Positions 42,059 to 51,284 of a DNA stretch of 64,000 nucleotides are shown one piece after another (the stretch's first letter is position 1; the number at the start of each line of letters is the position of its first letter). Below the pieces are notes generated by a model. That model was not told where the DNA came from. It was given only the letters and a program-made list of their open reading frames with translations, and did not search any database. Source of the stretch: an uncultured Bartonella sp. Lineage in GTDB: Bacteria > Pseudomonadota > Alphaproteobacteria > Rhizobiales > Rhizobiaceae. The translations under genes were made by a program, and so were the position numbers. Location of the stretch: NCBI GenBank assembly GCA_946478235.1, contig CAMLBF010000006.1, positions 10,481 through 74,480 of the forward strand, read 5' to 3'.

Positions 42059-43147
42059 CTACATTCTGAAACGGAATATTGCTGCCAATGATTGATTATG
42101 CGGTATATCGCTCCGACGAACGGCAAGCACGCGGCCACCATTAGCAAGAACACGACTCGCAATTTCATCAACGACATTGTAAGTTTTAGGTCCCTCTTCG
42201 CCAAATTTTACAGCACCCGTTTCTTCGTCGATAGTTCCGTGTACCATTTCGTCCATATCAGCAAGCAAAGTATCAATTTGCCCCACAGTGGCAGCGCGTG
42301 CGGCTAAAGCGATATCTGTTGTTGTTCGCCCTTCGGCTGTGAGATGATCAAAGCGACTGCGAATGTCGGCGATTTGTCTTTCATAATAGCGATCGAGTAC
42401 CGGCCGTGCGAGATCGGCAACTTCTGTCGGATTTGCGTGATCGAGACTGGCATTTGCTACTTCGCCAATGAGATTGTTTCCGCTGTAAATCGGGCGGAAA
42501 GCATTGACCACAACCTCACTTCCGGCAATGATAAAGGGAATATCCGAATTTCTTAAATAATGACGCAACGCTGTATCAATAGCGCGACAATATTGAGTAA
42601 TTCTTGTATTGGTAATAGAACTAATTTTCTCATTACCTTTGCCCAACACACTTGCCATATCTTTCGGCATATCAGGCACTTTCACTTCATATGGTTCAAC
42701 GTCGCTTGTTAGTTCAATAAGCCTTGCTGTATTTTCTGAAATAACAGCAACATGGGCTGTATGGGCAAATGTAAGCGAGCGAAGCAACGGGCTAAGCATA
42801 AATCTATCGGCAACTTCGACAAAAGATTTCAGCCGGTTAGCTAATCGAAATGTCCAAATACGATCTGGTGTTGCCAGCACAGCAAGGCTGCGCGATTGTT
42901 TTAACCAGAATTCGTCATAATCCAATAAGCCATTTAACAAGGTTTCCATCTCTGCCAAACGCCGTTTATCAGTTAACGACCGTGACTGCGATAAAGCCTC
43001 TTTCACCTGATTAGCATATTCAATTTTGCATGCATTCACTTCCGACGTGATCGGTGTTGTTGGCAAATAAATGGAAACACATGCATCCGCTCTTATCTCA
43101 CGCAATTTATTGAAATCTGACATAGATGGAATATCAACATGTTGCAT
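42059..43147 (-). CDS. Hypothetical protein resembling bacterial archaeo-eukaryotic release factor-like (baeRF) families
   Basis: 363 aa from ATG 43147 (GGAAAGGGA upstream). The ordered blocks are CVSIYLPTTPITSE, SLAVLATPDRIWTFRL, DRFMLSPLLR, HVAVISENTARLIEL, PFIIAGSE and ANGGRVLAVRR...LAAIFRF. Recognition is from memory only, and there is no GGQ. Confidence 0.5.
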   Translation of the reverse strand: MQHVDIPSMSDFNKLREIRADACVSIYLPTTPITSEVNACKIEYANQVKEALSQSRSLTDKRRLAEMETLLNGLLDYDEFWLKQSRSLAVLATPDRIWTFRLANRLKSFVEVADRFMLSPLLRSLTFAHTAHVAVISENTARLIELTSDVEPYEVKVPDMPKDMASVLGKGNEKISSITNTRITQYCRAIDTALRHYLRNSDIPFIIAGSEVVVNAFRPIYSGNNLIGEVANASLDHANPTEVADLARPVLDRYYERQIADIRSRFDHLTAEGRTTTDIALAARAATVGQIDTLLADMDEMVHGTIDEETGAVKFGEEGPKTYNVVDEIASRVLANGGRVLAVRRSDIPHNQSLAAIFRFRM

Positions 43148-43353
43148 GGCAATTCCCTTTCCTTTTATATCTATCATATTAGGATATGGGCATTGCCGTT
43201 CAGCGATAACAGGGGTTTGAGCCACTTATCATAAAATAAAAATGCCAATATATTTCTATTTTTAAAAATAAAAAAAGACGAATATTATTATGTATAATAA
43301 ACTCTGTTTTGTTATATTATGCATAAGCAATTTTTATTTTAATTTTAAATTTT

Positions 43354-44727
43354 TCAATAAGCGTATTCCAGAAATATAGGATCGACTGAATGTCCCCAAA
43401 CAGTTTGATAATTTGTCAATAAACGCTCAGAATCGCATTGTCCGGTGGCAATAACTGCTTTTAAAGGTTCGATAAATAAGGTTTCGTCATCACCTTCAAC
43501 ATTCAAACAATGACGATTTCTCAACCCTTGTTGAGAAATATCTAAAACCTGCTTCGCCAATTCCAAGATATTTGTCTGTCTGAATGTTGTCTTTAATCCC
43601 TCGCGTGGAACACGATTTCTCATGTCCAATACTTCCTGATAGGTCCAGTCTTTTGTCATCGCTTCAGCATCAGAAAGTGACTGCTCATCATAAAGAAGCC
43701 CAACCCAAAAAGCAGGTAGCGCGCAAATCCTTCGCCATGGACCACCATCAGCACCCCGCATTTCAAGAAAGCGTTTAAGGCGCACTTCAGGAAACAATGT
43801 TGAAAGATGGTTGACCCAATCTCCCATATTCGCCGCATAATCAGCAACTTCACCTTTCAAGGCACCATTCATAAATTGCCTGAAAGTGATATGGGTGCAA
43901 TCGTGGTAGTGGCCATCGCGTACAACAAAATACATTGGTATATCCAATGCCCACTCCACATAATCTGCAAATCCAAAATTCTCTGAAAATACAAATGGCA
44001 AAACACCTGAACGTTGATTATCGGTGTCGCGCCAAATCTCTGAACGCCATGACATGAAACCATTAGGCTTCGATTCGGTAAATGGCGAAGTTGCAAATAA
44101 TGCCGTTGCGATTGACTGCAGTTTCATGGAAACTTGCATCTTGCGCCGCATATCTGCTTCTGATGAAAAATCCAGATTAACTTGGATTGTTGATGTTCTA
44201 TACATCATATCAAGCCCAGATTTTCCAACTTTAGGCATATAATTGGTCATGATATGATAGCGGGATTTGGGCATTTGTGGCGTTTCAGAAAGGCGCCATT
44301 TAGGACTTCCTCCAATGCCAAGGAAACCTATTCCTAAGGGTGTTGCAATCTCTTTTACTTGTGCAAGATGGGCATTAACTTCCCGACATGTTTGATGGAT
44401 CGTTTTTTGCAGTGCACCAGAAAGCTCAAACTGCCCTCCAGGTTCCAGTGAGATAGCTCCTTCACCCGTTGGGCCGGTAAGACCTATTATATTTCCCTCG
44501 TCCATGATTGGTTCCCAGCCAAGCATGGCCTGCATACCGTCTAATAGCGCACGAATACCCCGATCGCCGTCATAAGGCACAGGTCTATTTCCATCTGTAT
44601 AAAACGGAAATTTCTCATGTTCTGTGCCAATACGCCATTTATCTGCTGGTTTTGCGCCTTGTTGCAGATAGGCTATCAAGTCGGAAAAATCATTTATAAC
44701 TGTTTGATCTGTAATATCGTGTGCCAT
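43354..44727 (-). CDS. gshA: Glutamate--cysteine ligase, plant/alphaproteobacterial type
   Basis: 457 aa. GTEHEKF, EPGGQFELS and RTSTIQVNLD are blocks of the GCS2/plant-type family. Confidence 0.9.
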   Translation of the reverse strand: MAHDITDQTVINDFSDLIAYLQQGAKPADKWRIGTEHEKFPFYTDGNRPVPYDGDRGIRALLDGMQAMLGWEPIMDEGNIIGLTGPTGEGAISLEPGGQFELSGALQKTIHQTCREVNAHLAQVKEIATPLGIGFLGIGGSPKWRLSETPQMPKSRYHIMTNYMPKVGKSGLDMMYRTSTIQVNLDFSSEADMRRKMQVSMKLQSIATALFATSPFTESKPNGFMSWRSEIWRDTDNQRSGVLPFVFSENFGFADYVEWALDIPMYFVVRDGHYHDCTHITFRQFMNGALKGEVADYAANMGDWVNHLSTLFPEVRLKRFLEMRGADGGPWRRICALPAFWVGLLYDEQSLSDAEAMTKDWTYQEVLDMRNRVPREGLKTTFRQTNILELAKQVLDISQQGLRNRHCLNVEGDDETLFIEPLKAVIATGQCDSERLLTNYQTVWGHSVDPIFLEYAY

Positions 44728-44796
44728 CGATTATTTTTCCTAAAACACTTGTTTGTTTGATAATTGACTGTTTCTAGCAATCTTTCAAGTAATAGA

Positions 44797-45540
44797 TTAG
44801 TCGCGCCAATCCCCCAACACGGCATTTACAACGGCAAGTGCTGCAACAGCTGCGGTATCAGCACGCAAAATTCTTGGACCAAGAGGAATGGTTATTACAA
44901 ATGGTGCTTCACGCAACATCGAGCGTTCTTTATCACTGAAACCACCTTCGGGGCCAATGAGAACCGCCAGTGGTGCCGTTTGCACATGCTTCAAAACTTC
45001 GATAGGATTTTGTGTATCAGAGGCTTCATCACAAAAAATAAGGCGTCTTTCAGGCTCCCACGTGTCTAACAATTTTTCTAAAGAGACAGGTTCTTTATAT
45101 TTTGCAAGTGATAGAATTCCGCATTGTTCAGCAGCTTCAATGATATTTGCCTCTATTCTATCCCCATTAATGCGCGACACTTGTGTGTATTGGGTTAAAA
45201 CCGGTTGCAAAACCGAAGCTCCCATTTCGACAGCTTTTTGCACCATATAATCAAGACGGGCGTGCTTTAATGGCGCAAAACAATACATAAGGTCATAAGG
45301 TTGAGGTTGTTGTCTTTCCTGATGGATAGTTTTCAGCGTTACTTGTTTTTTCCTTATCTCTGTAATTTCCGCTAACCATTCCCCATCACAACCATTGAAA
45401 AGTAAAACCTTGTCGCCTTGCTTCATGCGCAAAACATTTGAAAGATAATGGGATTGGCGGTCGTCCAGATTGACCAACGACTCGACAATAAGAGGATGAT
45501 TTAAAAATAATCTTTGCAGTTTGTAATTAGCGCGCATCAC
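44797..45540 (-). CDS. rsmE: 16S rRNA (uracil1498-N3)-methyltransferase
   Basis: 247 aa with RLF...HYL.NVLRMK at the N-terminus and the SPOUT C-terminus IGPEGGFS..E and [11 protein letters not shown]. Confidence 0.9.
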   Translation of the reverse strand: MMRANYKLQRLFLNHPLIVESLVNLDDRQSHYLSNVLRMKQGDKVLLFNGCDGEWLAEITEIRKKQVTLKTIHQERQQPQPYDLMYCFAPLKHARLDYMVQKAVEMGASVLQPVLTQYTQVSRINGDRIEANIIEAAEQCGILSLAKYKEPVSLEKLLDTWEPERRLIFCDEASDTQNPIEVLKHVQTAPLAVLIGPEGGFSDKERSMLREAPFVITIPLGPRILRADTAAVAALAVVNAVLGDWRD

Positions 45541-45739
45541 AACAAGTTTCCCTAAGATCCATGGGTATATGTTGCATTAGGAGACACAAATATTTTGAAT
45601 TTGTCAAAAATCTTAGCAGCTTTTTACAAAAAGGTGATTGGATATTATCATAAAACGAAATTATTAAGTGTCCGATAGACTACTCCTCCACACGCTTGAT
45701 ATATGGTGTTTTTGTTGGAAAGCAGCTTAACTTTTGTCC

Positions 45740-45781
45740 CGGGCGAAAGGATGATCTCTTTTGCCCGTTTGTTTGTTTTTT
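45740..45781 (+). terminator. Strong intrinsic terminator inside the 5' leader of the FUSC efflux gene (candidate attenuator)
   Basis: A 10-bp stem CGGGCGAAAG/CTTTTGCCCG (one G-U) with an 8-nt loop, followed by TTTGTTTGTTTTTT. It ends 11 nt before ATG 45793. Confidence 0.6.
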
Positions 45782-45792
45782 GATGACTCTCG

Positions 45793-47880
45793 ATGACGAA
45801 TAATGGTGAACAATTAACAGTTTGGAGCGTGGTTTTTTCTTTAAAAACTTTTGCTGCAGCTGCGTTGGCTCTTTATATTGCTTTTTTATGCGACCTACCA
45901 AACCCATATTGGGCAATGACGGCCGTCTATATTGTTGCGCATCCATTATCTGGTGCATTGACTTCCAAAGCTTTTTATCGATTGCTCGGAACAGCAATTG
46001 GTGGCTTGGCAACAGTCGTCATGCTTCCCAAACTTATACCATCCCCAGAATTAACAACACTTGGGTTAGCTTTATGGCTCGGCTCCTGCTTGTTTTTAAG
46101 CTTGCTGGATCGCACCCCGCGTGCCTATGTAGCAATGTTGGCTGGATATACGGCCGGCATTATCGCCTTCATGATCGTCGATACCCCTGAAAAGGTTTTT
46201 GAATACGCATCAAACCGTGTTGAAGAAATAAGTGTTGGCATCATTTGTGCCGCCCTTGTGGGGCGCCTTGTATTTCCGCGTCATGCAGGCCCAATATTGG
46301 CCACGCGTATCGACAAGTGGCTTAAAAACAGTGCCAACCTTGCCATTATGTGCATAGAAGGAAAAGGCAATACGCTTGAAGCCTTAAAAAGCCGGCAAGA
46401 ACTTGCCATGGACGCCGTGGATCTACGCAGTTTTACCACGCATGTTACCTATGATACCTCGACGTTAAGAACCACTGTTAATGCAATGCGTATCCTACAG
46501 AGCCGTATGGTTGCTTTATTGCCAATGGTTGCCAGTTGTAATGACCTTATTAATCAGCGCACAAAGTTGATTAAAGAACAGCTTGGTGGCGTCAGCAACA
46601 ACGAAAAACTCGATATGTTAATCAAGGAAACAATAAGCTGGCTTTCCACCAACAAACCGATGAAGCCAGATGACCTAATCCGCATAAGAACGCTGCGTGA
46701 GTCGATATTGAACGATATTTCGCAATCAAAAGAATGGGTTGATCTTGTTTCGCGCAATCTAACGGTGCGTCTGGTTGACATCATGCAAATCTATTCGGAT
46801 TGCTTGCATCTGCGTAACGACATTGTTAATGGCACCAAACATAAATTACATTGGCACCGTTTTGACTTTCTTGGAAAAATTCGATCAATTCATTACGATT
46901 TCGGTATTGCCTTTCTATCGGCCTTTTCGGCTATATTGGCGGTCTTCATCACTGTTACACTTTGGCGACTGACGGAATGGACACAAGGCGGAACAGCCGC
47001 CATGATGACAGGCATTTTTAGTAGTCTATTTGCCACTAAAGATGACCCAGTGCCTGCTATCCGTGGAATGCTGAAACAGATTTTTATCGTTCTCATTGTC
47101 GCCTTTGTTTTAGAATTTGCCTTATTTCCAATCATCGATGGTTTTATACCACTGATGCTTTGTCTTGGATTGGTTCTCATTCCCGCCGGAATTATGATGG
47201 CTATTCCGTCAAAATTTGCCATGGGCATGACATTGACGGTTAATCTTCCCAATTTGTTATTGTTACAATCGAAGTTGAACAGCGATTTTTACAGTTTCAT
47301 CAATATTAACACGGCAATGATATTGGGAATTATCATTGCAGCTGCAACCACAAGTATTGTCAGATCTGTGGGAGCAGAATGGAGTGCATTTCGGCTTATC
47401 CGTTCTGGCTGGTCCGATATTCTTAATGTTGCAAAGAAACAAACCAATTCAACAAAGCATAGCCAATTTTTGCATCGTATGCTTGATCGTTACGGGTTGA
47501 TTGCGCCTCGCTATGCGCTCATACCACCGCATTCCGATGTTAGAAAATTCGATATTCTCAAAGATGTACGCGTTGGTCTTGATACGCTTGAATTGCAGCA
47601 CCTGAAAGATCACCAAGGACCAACGAGCCGAAGAAATATCAATGAAGTCCTTGACGAGTTGGCTTTTTATTATCGCGTAAAAGCAAAAAGTACCGATGAA
47701 CCTGACGGTGAAGAGCTACTGGGCGCTATTGATAGGGCAATTAACTGGATAATCTCGATTCCAGATAGTGAAAGCCATCAGCGAATATCATTTGCATTAA
47801 CTGGCTTGCGACAAAATCTATTTGGGAATGCTGAACCTTTCAAGGTTGTTCCCCCTAAATTTAACAGAAGGCATATGTGA
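45793..47880 (+). CDS. FUSC (fusaric acid resistance / AaeB-like) family efflux protein
   Basis: 695 aa with two multi-TM blocks separated by a large cytoplasmic region. It begins FSLKTFAAAALALYIAF..LPNPYWA, typical of FUSC. Confidence 0.82.
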   Translation: MTNNGEQLTVWSVVFSLKTFAAAALALYIAFLCDLPNPYWAMTAVYIVAHPLSGALTSKAFYRLLGTAIGGLATVVMLPKLIPSPELTTLGLALWLGSCLFLSLLDRTPRAYVAMLAGYTAGIIAFMIVDTPEKVFEYASNRVEEISVGIICAALVGRLVFPRHAGPILATRIDKWLKNSANLAIMCIEGKGNTLEALKSRQELAMDAVDLRSFTTHVTYDTSTLRTTVNAMRILQSRMVALLPMVASCNDLINQRTKLIKEQLGGVSNNEKLDMLIKETISWLSTNKPMKPDDLIRIRTLRESILNDISQSKEWVDLVSRNLTVRLVDIMQIYSDCLHLRNDIVNGTKHKLHWHRFDFLGKIRSIHYDFGIAFLSAFSAILAVFITVTLWRLTEWTQGGTAAMMTGIFSSLFATKDDPVPAIRGMLKQIFIVLIVAFVLEFALFPIIDGFIPLMLCLGLVLIPAGIMMAIPSKFAMGMTLTVNLPNLLLLQSKLNSDFYSFININTAMILGIIIAAATTSIVRSVGAEWSAFRLIRSGWSDILNVAKKQTNSTKHSQFLHRMLDRYGLIAPRYALIPPHSDVRKFDILKDVRVGLDTLELQHLKDHQGPTSRRNINEVLDELAFYYRVKAKSTDEPDGEELLGAIDRAINWIISIPDSESHQRISFALTGLRQNLFGNAEPFKVVPPKFNRRHM

Positions 47881-48083
47881 TGAATCCCGAAGTCGATATT
47901 TACGGCGTATATATCCCGACACTTGGTGTTCTTGCACTGGTGAGTTACTTTTTGAATGTAGGGTTACAAAAACTAATCACACATCTGCGGTTCCAACGCT
48001 TTATCTGGCACCATGCTTTATTCGCTGCTGCCACTTATTTCATCATATTAAGTATTCTTTCGATTATTGTAACACGGGTTTAA
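47877..48083 (+). CDS. DUF1656 (AaeX-like) small membrane protein
   Basis: 68 aa with a GTG/ATG start overlapping the FUSC stop (ATGTGATG). It sits between FUSC and HlyD as in aaeXAB-type sets. Confidence 0.7.
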   Translation: MMNPEVDIYGVYIPTLGVLALVSYFLNVGLQKLITHLRFQRFIWHHALFAAATYFIILSILSIIVTRV

Positions 48084-48088
48084 CGGAT

Positions 48089-48970
48089 ATGAATAAACTT
48101 ATCGCCAACTCCGGTCGTATATTTTTTACCGTTGTCATGGTTGCGATTGCCAGTCTTCTTCTTTGGCATTTATGGGATTATTACATGAACGATCCATGGA
48201 CGAGAGATGGCAAAATAAGTGCGGACGTTGTGCGCGTCGCACCTGACGTTTCGGGACTCGTCACGGAAGTTGATGTTGTCGACAACCAAATGGTAAGAAA
48301 AGGCGATATTATTTTCAAAATTGACCCACAGCGTTTTGAACTAGCATTGGAAGATGCAAAAGCACAAATAGACAATGCTAAAGCTGCCCATGACCAGGCT
48401 AAACGTGATCTGGAGCGTTATCGCAAACTTGATGATGCGACTGTCACACGGCAACAACTGGAAACAGCCGAAATGCAAGAGCTGCAAACGGCAGCAGCAT
48501 ACAGAAAAGCGCAAGTGCAACTGGATACCGCAAAGCTTGATCTTGCAAGGTCTACAGTGCGCGCAAGCGTCAATGGAAAAATGACCAATTTCTCTCTTCA
48601 GCCTGGTGAATATGTAACGCGTGGACAACCCGTGACAGCATTGGTTGATACCGACTCTTATTATGCTTCAGGATATTTTGAAGAAAATAAACTTGATCGA
48701 ATCCATATTGGTAATCGCGTTACAATCCACATTATGGGTTCCGATACCGTTTTAACCGGTGTTGTTGAAGGTTTTGCAGCAGGTATTGAAGATCGTGAGA
48801 GGTCCGAATCGTCAAGTTTGCTTGCCAATGTAGCACCTACATTCAATTGGGTACGGTTGGCACAACGTGTACCGGTAAGAATTAAGCTCGATCCGGTTCC
48901 TGATAATATCCATCTTGTTGCTGGTCGTACAATCAGTGTCGCTATCAAGGAAGATCGTAAAGCCCATTAA
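48089..48970 (+). CDS. HlyD-family membrane fusion (AaeA-like) efflux subunit
   Basis: 293 aa from ATG 48089. It has an N-terminal TM, a lipoyl-like block V.APDVSG.V..V.V.DNQ.V.KGD and a coiled coil. The track ORF starts upstream at 47822. Confidence 0.85.
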   Translation: MNKLIANSGRIFFTVVMVAIASLLLWHLWDYYMNDPWTRDGKISADVVRVAPDVSGLVTEVDVVDNQMVRKGDIIFKIDPQRFELALEDAKAQIDNAKAAHDQAKRDLERYRKLDDATVTRQQLETAEMQELQTAAAYRKAQVQLDTAKLDLARSTVRASVNGKMTNFSLQPGEYVTRGQPVTALVDTDSYYASGYFEENKLDRIHIGNRVTIHIMGSDTVLTGVVEGFAAGIEDRERSESSSLLANVAPTFNWVRLAQRVPVRIKLDPVPDNIHLVAGRTISVAIKEDRKAH

Positions 48971-49131
48971 TGCAGTGACCGTGATGCAACATATTTAACT
49001 TTTTTTTACTCTAACGCAAAAAAGCTGCGAAATATGCTTCTCATGCATTGTCGAAAAAAAAAGTTAGCTATATGACTTCATGAAATTCACTGATTGCATT
49101 TCAAAACAGCACTTCTGATTGGAGATATAAT

Positions 49132-49275
49132 ATGTCTGCAAAGAGAGCCACTTTGGTGACTGTCGCTGCGCTTTTCACCTTTATACTTGTGGCTGCCGGT
49201 ATCGGCTCAGTAGGTGCAAGCGACAAACAGTTTATCACCAACGATGGATATGGTATTCATGCATCTTCCCGTTGA
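49132..49275 (+). CDS. Candidate small secreted peptide (47 aa precursor)
   Basis: It is not in the ORF track (under 60 aa). GGAGA (49121-49125) lies 6 nt before the ATG. The product is MSAKRATLVTVAALFTFILVAAGIGSVGA/SDKQFITNDGYGIHASSR. A strong terminator follows 30 nt after the stop. Confidence 0.4.
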   Translation: MSAKRATLVTVAALFTFILVAAGIGSVGASDKQFITNDGYGIHASSR

Positions 49276-49304
49276 TAATTATCAACGTAATGGATGATAA
49301 ACTT

Positions 49305-49335
49305 AAGGGGCTCAATTGAGCCCCTTCTTTTTGTC
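49305..49335. terminator. Intrinsic terminator after the small ORF (also faces the AKR gene)
   Basis: AAGGGGCTC-AATT-GAGCCCCTT followed by CTTTTTGTCTTTT. Confidence 0.85.
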
Positions 49336-49377
49336 TTTTAAATGTTTTTATGATCGATCATAGAGCAATCAGGTTCA

Positions 49378-50205
49378 TCAGCCTAAGAACTCATCAGGGT
49401 TAGGACCCATACGCCCGTCAATTTTATCCAATGACGCGATTTTATCATGGTCGGCAGCTGTTAGCTTGAAGTCAAATATATCGAAATTCTCGGCCATACG
49501 CACTGCTGATTGTGACTTCGGAATAGCAATTGTTCCCAATTCCATATGCCAACGAAGAACGATTTGCGCCACTGTTTTGCTATGTTCTTCAGCAATGGAT
49601 TGTAACAATGGATCATCAAAAAAAAGTCCCCGCCCCAATGGAGCCCAAGCTTCCGTCAAAATATTATTTTTCTCGTGAAATATACGTAGTTCTTTTTGCT
49701 GGAATTGAGGGTGCAACTCAACCTGATTAACAGCTGGTGCAACACCTGTTTCCTTTATCAAGCGTTCGAGATCTGCAATTCGGAAATTACATACACCTAT
49801 AGAGCGAACGCGGTTTTCTTGACGCAATCTTATCAGTGCTTTCCATGTCTCAACAAATTTATCGCGCACAGGCATAGGCCAATGTATCAAATACATATCA
49901 ATTGTCTTTACGCCCAATCGTTTTGCACTTTCATCAAAGGCTTTAAGCGTTTCATCATAGCCCTGATCGCTATTCCAAACCTTGGTTGTAATAAAGATTT
50001 TTTCTCGAGCAATATCAGATGCTGCTATGCCACGTCCCACACCGCCTTCATTATTATAGATCTTAGCGGTATCAATATGTCGGTATCCGGTTTTTAATGC
50101 CTGAAGAACGGAACCTTCTGCATCTTCATCAGAAATTTTCCAAACACCATAACCTAATTGCGGAATAGTGTTGCCATCATTCATTTTTAGAACAGGTACA
50201 CTCAT
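49378..50205 (-). CDS. Aldo/keto reductase (2,5-diketo-D-gluconate reductase-like)
   Basis: 275 aa with LGYGVWK, GYRHIDTA, DMYLIHWP and AWAPLG. Confidence 0.9.
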   Translation of the reverse strand: MSVPVLKMNDGNTIPQLGYGVWKISDEDAEGSVLQALKTGYRHIDTAKIYNNEGGVGRGIAASDIAREKIFITTKVWNSDQGYDETLKAFDESAKRLGVKTIDMYLIHWPMPVRDKFVETWKALIRLRQENRVRSIGVCNFRIADLERLIKETGVAPAVNQVELHPQFQQKELRIFHEKNNILTEAWAPLGRGLFFDDPLLQSIAEEHSKTVAQIVLRWHMELGTIAIPKSQSAVRMAENFDIFDFKLTAADHDKIASLDKIDGRMGPNPDEFLG

Positions 50206-50466
50206 TTATCTACTTTCCATATATTAAACCAGTACCATTCTACTCCATCAAATTGCCCTATACAACAAGTTGCGAGAACGTAAAATAATACTTAAAATTA
50301 TTATATAGAATTTTCCGCGTAAAAACCTTATAGATATATTAAAATTTAGATATACTTTAGTTAATTATTTTAAATGAATTACAGTTTGAGTAAAATTTAT
50401 AAAATATATTTTTTATAAATTCATAATATTTTAAATTTCAAAAGAAATACCAAATTCAATCAAGTC

Positions 50467-51147
50467 TTATGCCCCATTCAGCCGCTTTGACCAATCTTCA
50501 ATTGAATGACTTGCTAGTCTTTTTTCTGCCAGTTTCCGCCAACTTGGGGCAAGCAGATCAAGGTTCGCTATCTTCGAAAGTTCTTCCACATCGTTTCGTG
50601 TGACATATAAAGCTCGCCATAAACGATAAATCGTCCATTCTTCACACTTTCTTTCGATACGTTTTAGCTCATCAGATAGTTTTACGTGCCCTTCCTGTAA
50701 TACTCGATAATACCACCCTGTTCTGCCACTATTTTGCACTCTTAAGGCCATATCAGGTGTAGAAAACCTTAAATTAAGTTTGAAGCAAGGTTGCCGTCCC
50801 TGCGATACTTCAATGATGGCACCACCCAAACGAAAAACATCGCCAATGGCAATATCTTTTTCAGTCATTCCTACAGTAGAGAGATTTTCTCCAAAAGCTC
50901 CAGGAGCATCAAAAACAGCACAATTCTCTAATTCTGTTTTCCAGAAAGCATAATGACCATAATCATAATGATGAATCGCTTTTTCTACACCACCATGGTG
51001 TTTTTTATCTGCCTGATCATCACCAATAAAACCGGTCTTGGTCAACATAACCTCACCCTGTATCGCGGCCTTATTGATACCACTCAAAACACCTTCATTC
51101 CCAAGAGGGGCAATTCTGCCAATTCTAAGTGACAAGAGTTCAACCAT
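50467..51147 (-). CDS. MOSC domain protein (YiiM-like)
   Basis: 226 aa with HGG..KA.H, GENL...G and the QPC.KL motif, plus a 3-alpha C-terminal region. Confidence 0.82.
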   Translation of the reverse strand: MVELLSLRIGRIAPLGNEGVLSGINKAAIQGEVMLTKTGFIGDDQADKKHHGGVEKAIHHYDYGHYAFWKTELENCAVFDAPGAFGENLSTVGMTEKDIAIGDVFRLGGAIIEVSQGRQPCFKLNLRFSTPDMALRVQNSGRTGWYYRVLQEGHVKLSDELKRIERKCEEWTIYRLWRALYVTRNDVEELSKIANLDLLAPSWRKLAEKRLASHSIEDWSKRLNGA

Positions 51148-51284
51148 TATTTTTCTCTCATATTAAGACTTTGAGCAAATTGTTTACAATATAGATGCAG
51201 TTACAACTATTTGAAAAATTTATAAAAATTTTATGAATACCCAGTCAATTTAAATATCGAAACGTTGGTTATTGGAATGACTTT

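Noticed and set aside
45680-46012. 110-aa minus-strand ORF spanning the rsmE-FUSC spacer and the FUSC 5' end
   Set aside because: It overlaps the well-supported FUSC start and the leader terminator. It has a Lys/Gln-rich arbitrary composition and no SD.
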